64,000 nucleotides of DNA from Candidatus Ornithospirochaeta stercorigallinarum (GTDB taxonomy: Bacteria > Spirochaetota > Spirochaetia > Sphaerochaetales > Sphaerochaetaceae): assembly GCA_018711525.1 (NCBI GenBank), contig DVIF01000057.1:3985-67984 (forward strand), given 5' to 3'. Position 1 is the stretch's first letter. Each line of letters begins with the position of its first letter. Below are positions 38,467 through 48,228 of the stretch, piece after piece. The notes below the pieces were generated by a model. That model made no database searches, had not been told where the DNA came from, and was given only the letters and a program-made list of their open reading frames with translations. The position numbers and the translations under genes were made by a program.

Positions 38467-40545
38467 ATGCAGGATATGAAAAATCTTTTTTTCATTCTAT
38501 CGTTTCTCACATCGGCAGCGGCTTTCCTGTTTGCATTGTACCTATATCTCTGGGTGAAGAAGCAAAAGATCGGGAACAATGAGATAATCAGGGTCTCACG
38601 CCTGATAAAGGAAGGTGCTGAGACATTCATGAGAAGGGAGTACAAGCTGCTTGGGGCATTCGCACTGGCAGTATCGGTAGTAATTCTGATCATACTGCCT
38701 AAACCGATATGGCAGGGCTCTGTGCTGACGAACATCGCAATGGTGATCTCATACATCGCAGGAACCATACTCTCCGCAATAGCAGGAAAGATTGGAATAA
38801 TGGTCGCAACCCTTTCAAACGGAAGGACAGCGGAAGCTGCGGAAAGAGGCCTCAAGGACGCATTCCTCGTAGGATTCAGGGGTGGAGCGGTAATGGGACT
38901 CCTCGTAGTCGGATGCTCGCTCTTCGGAGTTGCGGCAGTGCTAATGCTTGTCGGGGATACAAGCATACTCCTCGGCTTCTCATTCGGAGCAAGCTCCCTC
39001 GCACTTTTCGCAAAGGCAGGTGGAGGAATATTTACGAAGACTGCGGACGTATCTGCCGACCTGACAGGAAAGGTGGAACTCGGTATTGCAGAGGACGACC
39101 CGAGGAACCCTGCGGTAATCGCAGACAACGTAGGGGACAATGTCGGAGATGTCGCAGGAATGGGTGCCGACCTATTCGATTCAAATGTTGCGGCAATGAC
39201 ATCAGCCCTTGTAATCGCATCATCACTTGGCTCCCTGGTATACAGGAACATCGAAATGGTGTTCTGCTATGCAATCCTGGGACTTCTTTCATCGATAATC
39301 GGAATCGCAACGGCACGTGTCGGCAAGGACGGCAATCCTACAAAAGCACTGAACTCATCAACATATGTCACCACTGCGATCTTTTTAGTTCTCACTGCAG
39401 CGGCGACTGCTTTGATCGAAGGTTTTTCATGGAGGATCTGGGGATCCTCGGCAACCGGCCTCATCGTAGGAATCATCATAGGGCTGACTACCGATTACTT
39501 CACAGATGATACGAAGCCTATAGTAAGAAAGGTTGCCCACGCATCCGCATCCGGACCGGCGTTCACAATCCTCTCAGGCACTTCATACGGATTCATATCC
39601 GCATTCCCCGCAATGGCAGGAATCGCAATCTCGGCACTTATCTCATACAAGCTCTGCGAACCTCTTGGAGAGGGATACGCGATATTCGGCATAGCAATGG
39701 CCGCTGTCGGAATGCTCTCGATAGTCGGCATGATCATCTCAAACGATGCATACGGACCTGTCGTAGACAATGCAAGGGGCCTTGCGGAGATGGGAGGACT
39801 GGGAGAGGAGACGATTAGGATCGCAGATGAACTTGACAGTGCGGGAAACACTGTAAAGGCAGTGACAAAGGGATTCTCAATCGGTGCTGCGGGACTTACA
39901 GTCATCTCCCTGCTTGGCGCATTCATGGCGGAGACGAACGAAGTCCTGCAGGCTGCAGGAAGGGAGCTGATTACGGGATTCGACATCATGGATCCTACTG
40001 TATTCTTCGGCGTCCTCGTAGGCGCTGCCATTCCTGCCGTCTTCTCAGCAATGCTCATCCTCGGAGTCGATAGGAACGCACAGAGGATGGTCGCAGAGAT
40101 CCACAGGCAGTTCAACACAATCGCAGGACTGAAGGAAGGGCACGCCACCCCTGAATATGCAAAATGCATAGACATCGCAACGAAAGGAGCACTGAGGGAA
40201 CTCATTCCTGCAGGACTTTTCGCAATAGTAGCCACCATCATAGTCGGCTTCATCGGAGGGGCGATGGCCATAGGAGGATTCCTTCTTGGGAACATCGTAA
40301 GCGGCCTGTTGCTTGCACTCTTCATGTCCAACTCTGGAGGGCTCTGGGACAACTCGAAGAAATATGTCGAAAGCGGAGCAGAAGGAGGAAAAGGAAGTGA
40401 TGCACACAAGGCGGCTGTCATCGGTGATACCGTAGGAGACCCCTACAAGGATACTGCGGGACCTTCGATAAACACGCAGATCACAGTCGTATCCCTTGTG
40501 GCATCCCTGTGCAGCTCGCTCTTCGTAGCTTTCTCAATATTCTGA
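38467..40545 (+). CDS. hppA: K+-insensitive pyrophosphate-energised proton pump
   Basis: About 690 aa and polytopic, with DNVGDNVGD and GDTVGDP motifs. GNTVKAVTKG carries the Lys and Thr that mark K+-independent enzymes. Start at ATG 38467 with AAGGAGGG upstream. Confidence 0.93.
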   Translation: MQDMKNLFFILSFLTSAAAFLFALYLYLWVKKQKIGNNEIIRVSRLIKEGAETFMRREYKLLGAFALAVSVVILIILPKPIWQGSVLTNIAMVISYIAGTILSAIAGKIGIMVATLSNGRTAEAAERGLKDAFLVGFRGGAVMGLLVVGCSLFGVAAVLMLVGDTSILLGFSFGASSLALFAKAGGGIFTKTADVSADLTGKVELGIAEDDPRNPAVIADNVGDNVGDVAGMGADLFDSNVAAMTSALVIASSLGSLVYRNIEMVFCYAILGLLSSIIGIATARVGKDGNPTKALNSSTYVTTAIFLVLTAAATALIEGFSWRIWGSSATGLIVGIIIGLTTDYFTDDTKPIVRKVAHASASGPAFTILSGTSYGFISAFPAMAGIAISALISYKLCEPLGEGYAIFGIAMAAVGMLSIVGMIISNDAYGPVVDNARGLAEMGGLGEETIRIADELDSAGNTVKAVTKGFSIGAAGLTVISLLGAFMAETNEVLQAAGRELITGFDIMDPTVFFGVLVGAAIPAVFSAMLILGVDRNAQRMVAEIHRQFNTIAGLKEGHATPEYAKCIDIATKGALRELIPAGLFAIVATIIVGFIGGAMAIGGFLLGNIVSGLLLALFMSNSGGLWDNSKKYVESGAEGGKGSDAHKAAVIGDTVGDPYKDTAGPSINTQITVVSLVASLCSSLFVAFSIF

Positions 40546-40551
40546 CAGCCG

Positions 40552-40583
40552 TGGAAGGTTCGAAAGGACCTTCCATTATTTTT
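40552..40583 (+). terminator. Intrinsic terminator after hppA
   Basis: Stem ggaaggt/accttcc (40552-40558 / 40567-40573) followed by attatttttt. Confidence 0.8.
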
Positions 40584-41130
40584 TAAGGGCGAGGGATATC
40601 AGACGATCATGGAAATCTATCTCATCCATCTCTATCGATGCGATTGAGAAGCCTACAGCCTCAGCACTTTGAAGGACATCTATGAGGCTGTAGTACTTCA
40701 TGAATATCTTCCCTTCCGAATAAAAGCTGTCCACAAGTGTCTTATCCGATACGTTAGGTGCGACGGCATCGGGAAAGCTGAGATAGAAAAGCCCACCCTC
40801 TTCAAGAGCGTCAAAGCAGTCGAAAAGGAACCCGGTAAGCTCATGCACGCCCATGCTCTGGATAAAAAGCGGTGCGGATATCACAGAGTATTGTCCATCA
40901 ATGTGATCAACCTTCTCCATGTCGGTGACCATCAGGGACCGCTCATAGCCATCCCCACCCATGTAGCAGTACATCCTTCCGTTAAAGCCTATCGAACGAT
41001 AGAACGGTGCAAGGGATGCGGCGAACTCCCCTACAAGGAGGATGCTCTCCCTTCTCTCTGTGCAGGATAGGAACGAGCCGGCATGTCTGAAGGCCCTGCT
41101 GTTCTTTTTCATCCATGTGATTATGTCCAT
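40576..41130 (-). CDS. Methyltransferase-like protein (tentative, degenerate SAM motif)
   Basis: ILLVGEFAAS sits where motif I (VLDLGCGTG) is expected, and there is a post-I/II-like ALEEGGLFYLSF. Start ambiguous (41130 or 41166). Confidence 0.35.
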   Translation of the reverse strand: MDIITWMKKNSRAFRHAGSFLSCTERRESILLVGEFAASLAPFYRSIGFNGRMYCYMGGDGYERSLMVTDMEKVDHIDGQYSVISAPLFIQSMGVHELTGFLFDCFDALEEGGLFYLSFPDAVAPNVSDKTLVDSFYSEGKIFMKYYSLIDVLQSAEAVGFSIASIEMDEIDFHDRLISLALKK

Positions 41131-41137
41131 AGTGCTA

Positions 41138-41845
41138 TTATGAGTTCTTAAGAGCGTCGATGGCAATATCGAGGACGCGGGATGTGAGCTTCTTCCTGCT
41201 CTCCCCCTCTATGAATGATATCCCTTCCTCATCGAGCCCTGCAGCCCAGTTTATCGAAAAGCAGATGGAGCACAGCTTGATTCCAAGCTCATGTATCAGG
41301 TTGACCTCGGGATTGAGTGTCATTCCAACGACATCGGCACCCCAGCTCCGATATGCCCGGATTTCAGCCTTGCTCTCAAGGCGCGGGCCGTTGGTGGTGA
41401 TGTATGTCAGGGCGGGACTGATCCTGAGGTTCCTCTCAACCGATGCCCTGATGACCTGGAAACGGAGCTCATCATCGAAAACATCGTTCATCGGTACATG
41501 CCTGAGAGGACGCTTCACTCCATCGAAGAATGTGAAAGGACGGGAAAACGTGAACTCGATGAAATCGGAGACAAGACCGATGTTCGTAGGAAGAAGACGC
41601 TCGGTGATGGAGCCGACGGCATGGGTCGTAATCACATGGTCGACCTCGAAATGCTCTAAAAGTGCGGCGTTGGCCATGTAGTTTATCAGATGTGGTGCCG
41701 CAGTATGTCCGATCCTGTGTCGGAGGATGAAGACAAAGGAGCCGTCAAGCGCTGCATCGACCTCGCCGTAATCGGTCCTATAAGTCTTGAAAGGCTTGTC
41801 TATAATCTGTTCAATGGATGTTCCTGCTATTATCGCTTTTTTCAT
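41138..41845 (-). CDS. mtnP: S-methyl-5'-thioadenosine phosphorylase-like purine nucleoside phosphorylase
   Basis: 235 aa of the PNP/MTAP family (FILRHRIGHTAAPHLINYMANAALL, THAVGSI, GADVVGMT). Confidence 0.7.
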   Translation of the reverse strand: MKKAIIAGTSIEQIIDKPFKTYRTDYGEVDAALDGSFVFILRHRIGHTAAPHLINYMANAALLEHFEVDHVITTHAVGSITERLLPTNIGLVSDFIEFTFSRPFTFFDGVKRPLRHVPMNDVFDDELRFQVIRASVERNLRISPALTYITTNGPRLESKAEIRAYRSWGADVVGMTLNPEVNLIHELGIKLCSICFSINWAAGLDEEGISFIEGESRKKLTSRVLDIAIDALKNS

Positions 41846-41881
41846 ATGTCATCTTAATCTTAGATTAAGTTCCTTCATTAT

Positions 41882-42880
41882 TCAAATGAAATGAGGATCA
41901 ATTATGCCATCTTTTGTTATGATGCCGGTGATAAGAGAGGCGGGAATGATATCAAACGCAGGATAGAGGGCCTCTGCACCCTCTGCTGTTATGCCCTCTC
42001 CGTTGAAAAAAAGGACCTCGTCTGCACCCCTCATCTCGATCTCGATGTTATCATTGTAGCTGCTCTTGAGGGAGAAGGGATAGTAAGGGATGCCGTAATG
42101 CTTTGCACTGATCGCGTTTCCAAGTGTTCCGACCTTGTTCGATACCGATTTATCGGGCAGGATTGCATCCGATGCCGTCATGTACATGTCTATCTCCCCC
42201 CTGCTCATGAAGAATGCAGGCATCCCGTCCGTTATGAGATACGACTCTATCCCCATCTCCATGAGGGAAGGAAGTGTGAGCCTTGCACCCTGCATATACG
42301 GCCTCGTCTCAGGGACGAAAACCCTTATCGAACACCCTCTCATCTGAGCCTTCTTCAAGGATAGGAGGAAACTATGCTCTGCAAAACATGTCGTAAGTAT
42401 ACCATAGCCGTCTTTTATCAGGGCCGAGCCATAGTCGCTCATCTTGTCGTAAGCCTCATCATATATTGAGAGCACGGAAGCTATGACAGAATCCAGCTCC
42501 TCCCCTTTTTCCACCCTTGAAAGCACAAGGGAGAGTGTGTTCGCCATGCTTCTGTTGGTGGGACGTGCAGAAGAGAGCATGGCAGCAGCCTCTCTTAAAT
42601 CCAATCCCCTGTCCCTGGCAAGAAGCAGGGCCTTCAGGTTGAGTTCCATAGGCCCTCCCCCCTGGGTGACCATGTCTTTTATCGCATCATGGACATCAGG
42701 AATCGACGACATCTTGAAATATTCTTTTTTAAAAGGGTATTTCCTCCTATCAAGTGTATAGAGGACACCGCCTTCATAGCGGGCGATCTCCTCATGACGG
42801 AGGATGAGAGGAAGCATATCTTGTGTGAACATGATGTGATTATAACAGATTCCGAGAGTGTAAATCCAACTAAAATCCAC
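41882..42880 (-). CDS. mtnA: S-methyl-5-thioribose-1-phosphate isomerase / eIF-2B-like family
   Basis: eIF-2B alpha/beta/delta-like fold motifs (ARPTNRSMANTL, VPETRPYMQGARLT, VGTLGNAISAKHYGIPYYP). Start may be the internal MFTQDM at 42832. Confidence 0.72.
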   Translation of the reverse strand: MDFSWIYTLGICYNHIMFTQDMLPLILRHEEIARYEGGVLYTLDRRKYPFKKEYFKMSSIPDVHDAIKDMVTQGGGPMELNLKALLLARDRGLDLREAAAMLSSARPTNRSMANTLSLVLSRVEKGEELDSVIASVLSIYDEAYDKMSDYGSALIKDGYGILTTCFAEHSFLLSLKKAQMRGCSIRVFVPETRPYMQGARLTLPSLMEMGIESYLITDGMPAFFMSRGEIDMYMTASDAILPDKSVSNKVGTLGNAISAKHYGIPYYPFSLKSSYNDNIEIEMRGADEVLFFNGEGITAEGAEALYPAFDIIPASLITGIITKDGIIDPHFI

Positions 42881-42948
42881 ACTCAGGATTTGACGGTGAA
42901 AAAGAGAAAGTATACATTGTAGAAAAAAGCAAAAAGGAAGAAATCAAA

Positions 42949-44250
42949 ATGAAGAAGAGAATTCTACTTTCCCTTTCAGTCCTTCTGATCCTTCTCTCAT
43001 GCATTGGTGCAGCTGGAGTAAGGGAAGTCGCTGATAACGAAAGCATTGTCAAAGTCATCTGCCTTGAGACATACCAGAACGGCGTAAGCGACCTGACTGT
43101 GTTGAAAAGGGATGGAAGCACCGCAGTATATCACATCTGGAACGACACCGAACTTGAAGGTATCGCGCTGGAGGATATAAAGGAAGGAATGATCCTCGTT
43201 GTAGGAGACACGGGAATCGCGACAATGAGCATTCCTCCACAGCTGAGCGCCACAAGCATAAGGGATATCACACTCGCATCATCCCTCGGATTCTATGACA
43301 GTACGTTTGCATCCCCTGTCGCGGTCCCCGCAGTAAATGAAGAGGTAAGTGATGAGATTCCTTTCGACATCAACGAACTCGTCCCACGCTTCTCATATGC
43401 ATACGGCTACCTTTCAATGGACAACCTGATGATGCAGAACCTCATCGTAAGAGGAGACTATTTCGCACGTGGCATCATCGACGCCATCGATTTCACAGAG
43501 GACCTTCTCCTTTCATTCGATGACATGCTCCTTGTGACTGAAGAGTATTTCACAACGATATATGACAAGGGAATCGTCGGAGATGCAGGAGAGGCTGTAA
43601 CATCATTGGATGATGTTCTCTCGCTGACAGTCCCGGATAATCTGGATGATGAATTCGCATATTCATACGGCTTCATACTGACATTCCAGATCATGACGCA
43701 GGGAATCGAGCTTGATAGGCTTGCCTTCCCATATGGAATGCTCAACAGGCTCTACAACAGCCCCGCCCTCCTCACAACGGATGAGATGAACAAGGCGGTA
43801 GAGGACTACATCGCATACCTCAATCAGGTCGTGAGCGAATGGATCGCACAGATGGCTGCAGAGAACCTCAGTGCCGCAGAGTCGTTTTTAGAGGAGAACG
43901 CCACAAAGGAAGGGGTCGAGACAATCAGCGACTTCCTTCAGATGGAGTTCAGCATGAGGAACGCAGAAGAGAGTGCAATGCCGAAAGCAGATGATACTGT
44001 AGTCGTGAACTACACACTCCGCGACAAGGATGGAAACATCATCGAGCAGAACGAGAACGTCTCCTTCCCTCTCTCTGGAGTCATTGAAGGATTCAGGGCT
44101 GCACTTGAGAACATGCATGTCGGAGACAGCGCGACAGCCTACATCCATCCCAGCATCGGCTATGGTGAGACAGGGGCTGGCAGCATACAGCCGAACCAGC
44201 TGCTGATATTCGACATAGACCTCATTGCAATTGAAAACGCTGAAGAATGA
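42949..44250 (+). CDS. FKBP-type peptidyl-prolyl isomerase lipoprotein
   Basis: Signal peptide with lipobox LLSC. The C-terminal FKBP domain reads VVVNYTLRDKDGNIIEQ...GVIEGFRAAL...GYGETGAGSIQPNQLLIFDIDLI. Confidence 0.8.
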   Translation: MKKRILLSLSVLLILLSCIGAAGVREVADNESIVKVICLETYQNGVSDLTVLKRDGSTAVYHIWNDTELEGIALEDIKEGMILVVGDTGIATMSIPPQLSATSIRDITLASSLGFYDSTFASPVAVPAVNEEVSDEIPFDINELVPRFSYAYGYLSMDNLMMQNLIVRGDYFARGIIDAIDFTEDLLLSFDDMLLVTEEYFTTIYDKGIVGDAGEAVTSLDDVLSLTVPDNLDDEFAYSYGFILTFQIMTQGIELDRLAFPYGMLNRLYNSPALLTTDEMNKAVEDYIAYLNQVVSEWIAQMAAENLSAAESFLEENATKEGVETISDFLQMEFSMRNAEESAMPKADDTVVVNYTLRDKDGNIIEQNENVSFPLSGVIEGFRAALENMHVGDSATAYIHPSIGYGETGAGSIQPNQLLIFDIDLIAIENAEE

Positions 44251-44273
44251 AAAAAGGCTCATTTGAGCCTTTC
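44251..44273. terminator. Hairpin between convergent FKBP and YhcH-like genes
   Basis: Stem aaggctc/gagcctt (44254-44260 / 44265-44271) flanked by an A-run and a short T-run. Confidence 0.5.
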
Positions 44274-44653
44274 TAGAACCGGAAGATGACGCTTTTAACA
44301 CTCTTTTCGATGTTGCGCGTCATCTTTCTTTTTATCCCTACCTCCCCCTTTAGAAGCAGGAAACGTCCAGGAGCCATGACAAAGACATTGTCCTCATCTA
44401 TGCTTGTGACAGCCTCTCCCTCCAGAACAATCTCCATCGAGTATTCCTTCTCCGACGGAATCTCCCTTTTCCCGTTGAACGTCGTAGGATAGGCCTCTAT
44501 CTCGTAGATGACTGAATCATCTTCGGGACATTTATAATGTCCAGGCCCCTGGTCGTATGGAAGGGATCTGTCCATTATGGTGATCACTCTAAGGATCTTA
44601 TCACTTATCCCCTGGTAGAGCTCCAGGTTGTCGAGGGTATCAAAGACGATCAT
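44273..44653 (-). CDS. YhcH/YjgK/YiaL family protein (DUF386)
   Basis: 126 aa. The N-terminal MIVFDTLDNLELYQGIS pattern and cupin-like size match this family. Confidence 0.55.
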   Translation of the reverse strand: MIVFDTLDNLELYQGISDKILRVITIMDRSLPYDQGPGHYKCPEDDSVIYEIEAYPTTFNGKREIPSEKEYSMEIVLEGEAVTSIDEDNVFVMAPGRFLLLKGEVGIKRKMTRNIEKSVKSVIFRF

Positions 44654-45303
44654 TCGACCTTCTCTCCATCCGTGCTCTGATGTCTCTTGAACACCTCGGT
44701 GTATTTCAAGATCATCTCAATGCACCCCTCTATGCCGAGACTTGCAGAATCGAGGCTCAAATCGTATGTACGGCACATACCCCACTTCATATCGGAATAG
44801 TAGTTGTAGAAGTTCGCCCTTGTCTTATCGCTTTTGAGGCATACATCCTCCGCCTTGTCCGCATCAATCTCATAGACATGCGTCGCACGGTAGACCCTCG
44901 CACTCAGAGGGGCGTGGATGAATACCGACACCACATCGGGGTCGTCACGGAGGATGAAGTCCGCACATCGCCCGATGATCACACAGCTTCCCTGGTCTGC
45001 AATCTTCTTTATGGTCTTGGACTGTATCAGGAAGAGCTGGTCGTTGAGGGGCATCTCATTGAAGCCCAGAGCTCCGGTAGCCATCGGATAGTTCCCCATT
45101 GCAAGGGAATACAGCAGACTCGATGTCGGCTTCTCATCGGCATTCTGGAAAAGGGACTCGGAAAGTCCGCTGTCCTGGGCGGCGATACTAAGAAGCTCCT
45201 TGTCGTAATACGGAATGTGCAGATGCTCTGCAAGCTTTCTGCCGATAGCCCTTCCACCTGAGCCGAACTGACGACCTATCGTGTAAATTGTCTTTTCTCC
45301 CAT
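44650..45303 (-). CDS. Cytidylate kinase-like family protein
   Basis: 217 aa with IGRQFGSGGRAIGRKLAEHLHIPYYDKELL, typical of the cytidylate-kinase-like family common in anaerobes. Confidence 0.7.
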   Translation of the reverse strand: MGEKTIYTIGRQFGSGGRAIGRKLAEHLHIPYYDKELLSIAAQDSGLSESLFQNADEKPTSSLLYSLAMGNYPMATGALGFNEMPLNDQLFLIQSKTIKKIADQGSCVIIGRCADFILRDDPDVVSVFIHAPLSARVYRATHVYEIDADKAEDVCLKSDKTRANFYNYYSDMKWGMCRTYDLSLDSASLGIEGCIEMILKYTEVFKRHQSTDGEKVE

Positions 45304-45429
45304 GTTTTCTCCTCCTTATATACTTCAATTATAATAGATTTAAATGCATGGAAAAGAAAAAAAAATGAAAAATACGCAAAAAACGCCCCCTTTTCACTGG
45401 AAAAAGGAGCTGCACCAATCAGGTATTGA

Positions 45430-46626
45430 TTATTCTGCAAGAGCCTCTGCAAGTGCATCAAGCTCTTTAAGGACATCCCCTTTTGCAGAGCTGAGGATGC
45501 TTACCGCCTTCTCATTCACGATCTCAATATTCTTCATGCTCTTCAGAATCTCCGTCATCTTCTTTCCGCTCTGGAGTGCCCATGTACCGCACTCGACGAT
45601 GGCCACCTTCCTCTTCTGATACAGGTGTGCCTTAAGATCAAGCAGGAGGCTCTCCATCTTCGGGAAGAGCTCAAGATTGTATGTCACGGATGCAAAGACC
45701 GCTTTCGGGTATCTGAAACACTCGGAAAGGAGGTACGAGCAGTCTGTTTTCGATGCATCATACATATGGATGTTCCTTACTCCGAGGTCTGAAAGCCTCA
45801 AAGCAAGATAGTTTACAGCCTGTTCGGTGTTTCCATAGATTGAGGAGTACACGATCACGACTCCCTCCTCCTCCGCCTCATAGCTCGCCCATGTCTTGTA
45901 TTTGTCGATGAACCATCCAAGGTCCTTTCTCCAGATCGGTCCATGAAGAGGACAGATCATTGAAATATCGATATCAGATGCCTTCTTGAGGACGTTCATT
46001 ACCTGTACACCGTATTTTCCGACAATGTTGAGGTAGTATCTCCTTGCGTCATCAAGCCACTCCTTCTCGAATTCGACCTCATCTGCAAAGAGGTTCCCTG
46101 AAAGGGCACCGAACGTGCCGAACGCATCAGCACTGAAAAGGACCTTTGTAAGGGTATCGTATGTGACCATCACCTCAGGCCAGTGGACCATCGGAGCAAG
46201 AACGAATGTGAATGAATGCTTTCCGCTTGAGAGTACATCCCCTTCCTTCACCGTCTCAGACTTTGAAGCGACATCGAAAGAAAAGAACTGGGAGATGAAC
46301 TGAAGGGTCTTCGCATTACCGACGATCCTGCACTCAGGATACTCCCTGATGATGCTGTCTATTGTCGCACAGTGGTCCGGTTCCACATGGTTTACAATCA
46401 GATAGTCGAGCTTCCTTCCGTCAAGGACATACCTCACGTTCTCAAGGAACTGTCTTGAGACGCTGTGGTCCACAGTATCGAGAAGTACGGTCTTCTCGTC
46501 CATGACCAAGTAGCTGTTATAGCTGACTCCCCTCTCAATAGGATATATGTTCTCGAAAAGTTCAAGCCTTCTGTCGCTTGAACCCACATAAAAGGTATCT
46601 AATGCGATTTTTCTTGTAAGCTGCAT
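45430..46626 (-). CDS. FprA-family A-type flavodiiron protein
   Basis: 398 aa. An MBL-like N-domain carries NHVEPDH and a flavodoxin-like C-domain carries VVIVYSSIYGNTE. Confidence 0.85.
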   Translation of the reverse strand: MQLTRKIALDTFYVGSSDRRLELFENIYPIERGVSYNSYLVMDEKTVLLDTVDHSVSRQFLENVRYVLDGRKLDYLIVNHVEPDHCATIDSIIREYPECRIVGNAKTLQFISQFFSFDVASKSETVKEGDVLSSGKHSFTFVLAPMVHWPEVMVTYDTLTKVLFSADAFGTFGALSGNLFADEVEFEKEWLDDARRYYLNIVGKYGVQVMNVLKKASDIDISMICPLHGPIWRKDLGWFIDKYKTWASYEAEEEGVVIVYSSIYGNTEQAVNYLALRLSDLGVRNIHMYDASKTDCSYLLSECFRYPKAVFASVTYNLELFPKMESLLLDLKAHLYQKRKVAIVECGTWALQSGKKMTEILKSMKNIEIVNEKAVSILSSAKGDVLKELDALAEALAE

Positions 46627-46860
46627 TTATTTTTCTCCTAACGCGCAAATATACTATCTCAAAAGCAACAAAAAAGGAAGAAGTAATTTTCTTTATGAAA
46701 ATTGTTCCCTTAAAAAGAATTATCTTGAATTTTCCTTTAAATGTGAAATTTTTATAGCCATGAATGGAAATCACTGCTATCATACATCTGCCGATGAAAA
46801 TCGGAGACGCTTGATCTATTTAAGGTAAAAAAACGATATCTATGGAGTAAAGAAGAGAGA

Positions 46861-48228
46861 ATGAACGAAACATCTACAATGTCAAACCAGTACTTCACCG
46901 AGAGGCAGAACGACTATGAGTCCTCTGCAAGAAGCTATCCGCGGAAATTCCCGTTCGCACTAAAAAAGGCGAAAGGTTCGTATATCGAGGATGTGGAAGG
47001 CAACAGATACCTGGATTTCCTCTGTGGGGCAGGTACACTCGCACTAGGACACAATGATGAGGATGTGAACAGAGCCATGGTGGAGCTTATCGAGTCGGAG
47101 GCCCCTCTTCATACATTGGATTTGACGACACCGGTGAAAGACCGTTTCGTTCAGACGATCTTCTCTCTCCTGCCCAAGGGGCTGAGGGAGAATGCAAAGA
47201 TACAGTTCTGCTCTCCCAGTGGAACGGATGCAGTCGATGCGGCAATCAAGCTTTGCAAGAGCGCAACAGGGAGGGCAAGCGTCATAGCCTTCTCCGGCGG
47301 CTATCATGGAATGGGACATGGTGCTCTCGCACTTACAGGAAACCACAACGCAAAGAACAAGGTGCAGAACCTGATGCCGGGTGTTCAGTTCATGCCATAC
47401 CCCTACTCATACCGCTGCCCTTTCGGCCTAGGAGGGGAGAAAGGAACCGATGCGGCATGTGCATATTTCGAGAGGATGCTCAAGGACCCTGAAAGCGGAG
47501 TGACGCTTCCGGCTGCTGTCATCATCGAACCGATCCAGGGAGAGGGAGGTGTCGTGCCTGCGCCTGAGAAGTTCCTCCAGTGCGTGCGCAGGGTCACAAA
47601 AGAGCTCGGAATCCCTATGATTGTCGATGAGATCCAATGTGGAATCGGAAGAAGCGGGAAGTTCTTCGCCTTCGAATACGCAGACATCGTCCCTGATGTG
47701 ATCCTCATGTCCAAGGCCGTAGGAGGAAGCCAGCCTATGAGCGTCGTCGTTTACGACAAGGCATTGGACAAGTGGAGTGCAGGTGCCCACGCGGGTACAT
47801 TCAGAGGAAATCAGCTGGCGATGGCAGCAGGGACCGTCCTGCTTGAAAAGGTGAGCAGAAAGGAATTCCTCTCCGATGTAGTGAGAAAAGGTTCCATTCT
47901 AAGAGGGAATCTTGAAAAGCTCAAAGAGGAAGTAGGCATAATTGGAGACATAAGGGGAAAAGGCCTGATGCTTGGCATCGAGTTCATCGACCCGGATGGG
48001 GAGAAAGACATCATGGGTCATCCAGAGCCGAGCGGAAGGATTGCAGCGGAAATCCAGAGACGCTGCTTTCTGAACCACCTTGTGATGGAGAAAGGTGGAA
48101 GGAACGGCTCTGTCATGAGATGCCTCTGTGCCCTCAGTGTCAGTGATGATGAGATAAAAGAGATGCTTGATATATTTACCAAGGTCGTTAAAGAGGTGGA
48201 TGAAAGTGTCAGGTTACACACTCTCTGA
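46861..48228 (+). CDS. dat: Diaminobutyrate--2-oxoglutarate transaminase
   Basis: 455-aa class III aminotransferase (FSGGYHG, DEIQCGIGRSGKFFAFE, MSKAVGG). The N-terminus ESSARSYPRKFPFALKKAKG is typical of Dat/EctB. Confidence 0.8.
   Translation: MNETSTMSNQYFTERQNDYESSARSYPRKFPFALKKAKGSYIEDVEGNRYLDFLCGAGTLALGHNDEDVNRAMVELIESEAPLHTLDLTTPVKDRFVQTIFSLLPKGLRENAKIQFCSPSGTDAVDAAIKLCKSATGRASVIAFSGGYHGMGHGALALTGNHNAKNKVQNLMPGVQFMPYPYSYRCPFGLGGEKGTDAACAYFERMLKDPESGVTLPAAVIIEPIQGEGGVVPAPEKFLQCVRRVTKELGIPMIVDEIQCGIGRSGKFFAFEYADIVPDVILMSKAVGGSQPMSVVVYDKALDKWSAGAHAGTFRGNQLAMAAGTVLLEKVSRKEFLSDVVRKGSILRGNLEKLKEEVGIIGDIRGKGLMLGIEFIDPDGEKDIMGHPEPSGRIAAEIQRRCFLNHLVMEKGGRNGSVMRCLCALSVSDDEIKEMLDIFTKVVKEVDESVRLHTL

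Noticed and set aside
46695-46850. Short ORFs (20-22 aa) and small hairpin ccgatgaaaatcgg upstream of dat, considered as a leader peptide or riboswitch
   Set aside because: The mini-ORFs have no RBS. The hairpin is only 4-5 bp and no conserved riboswitch core was recognisable.
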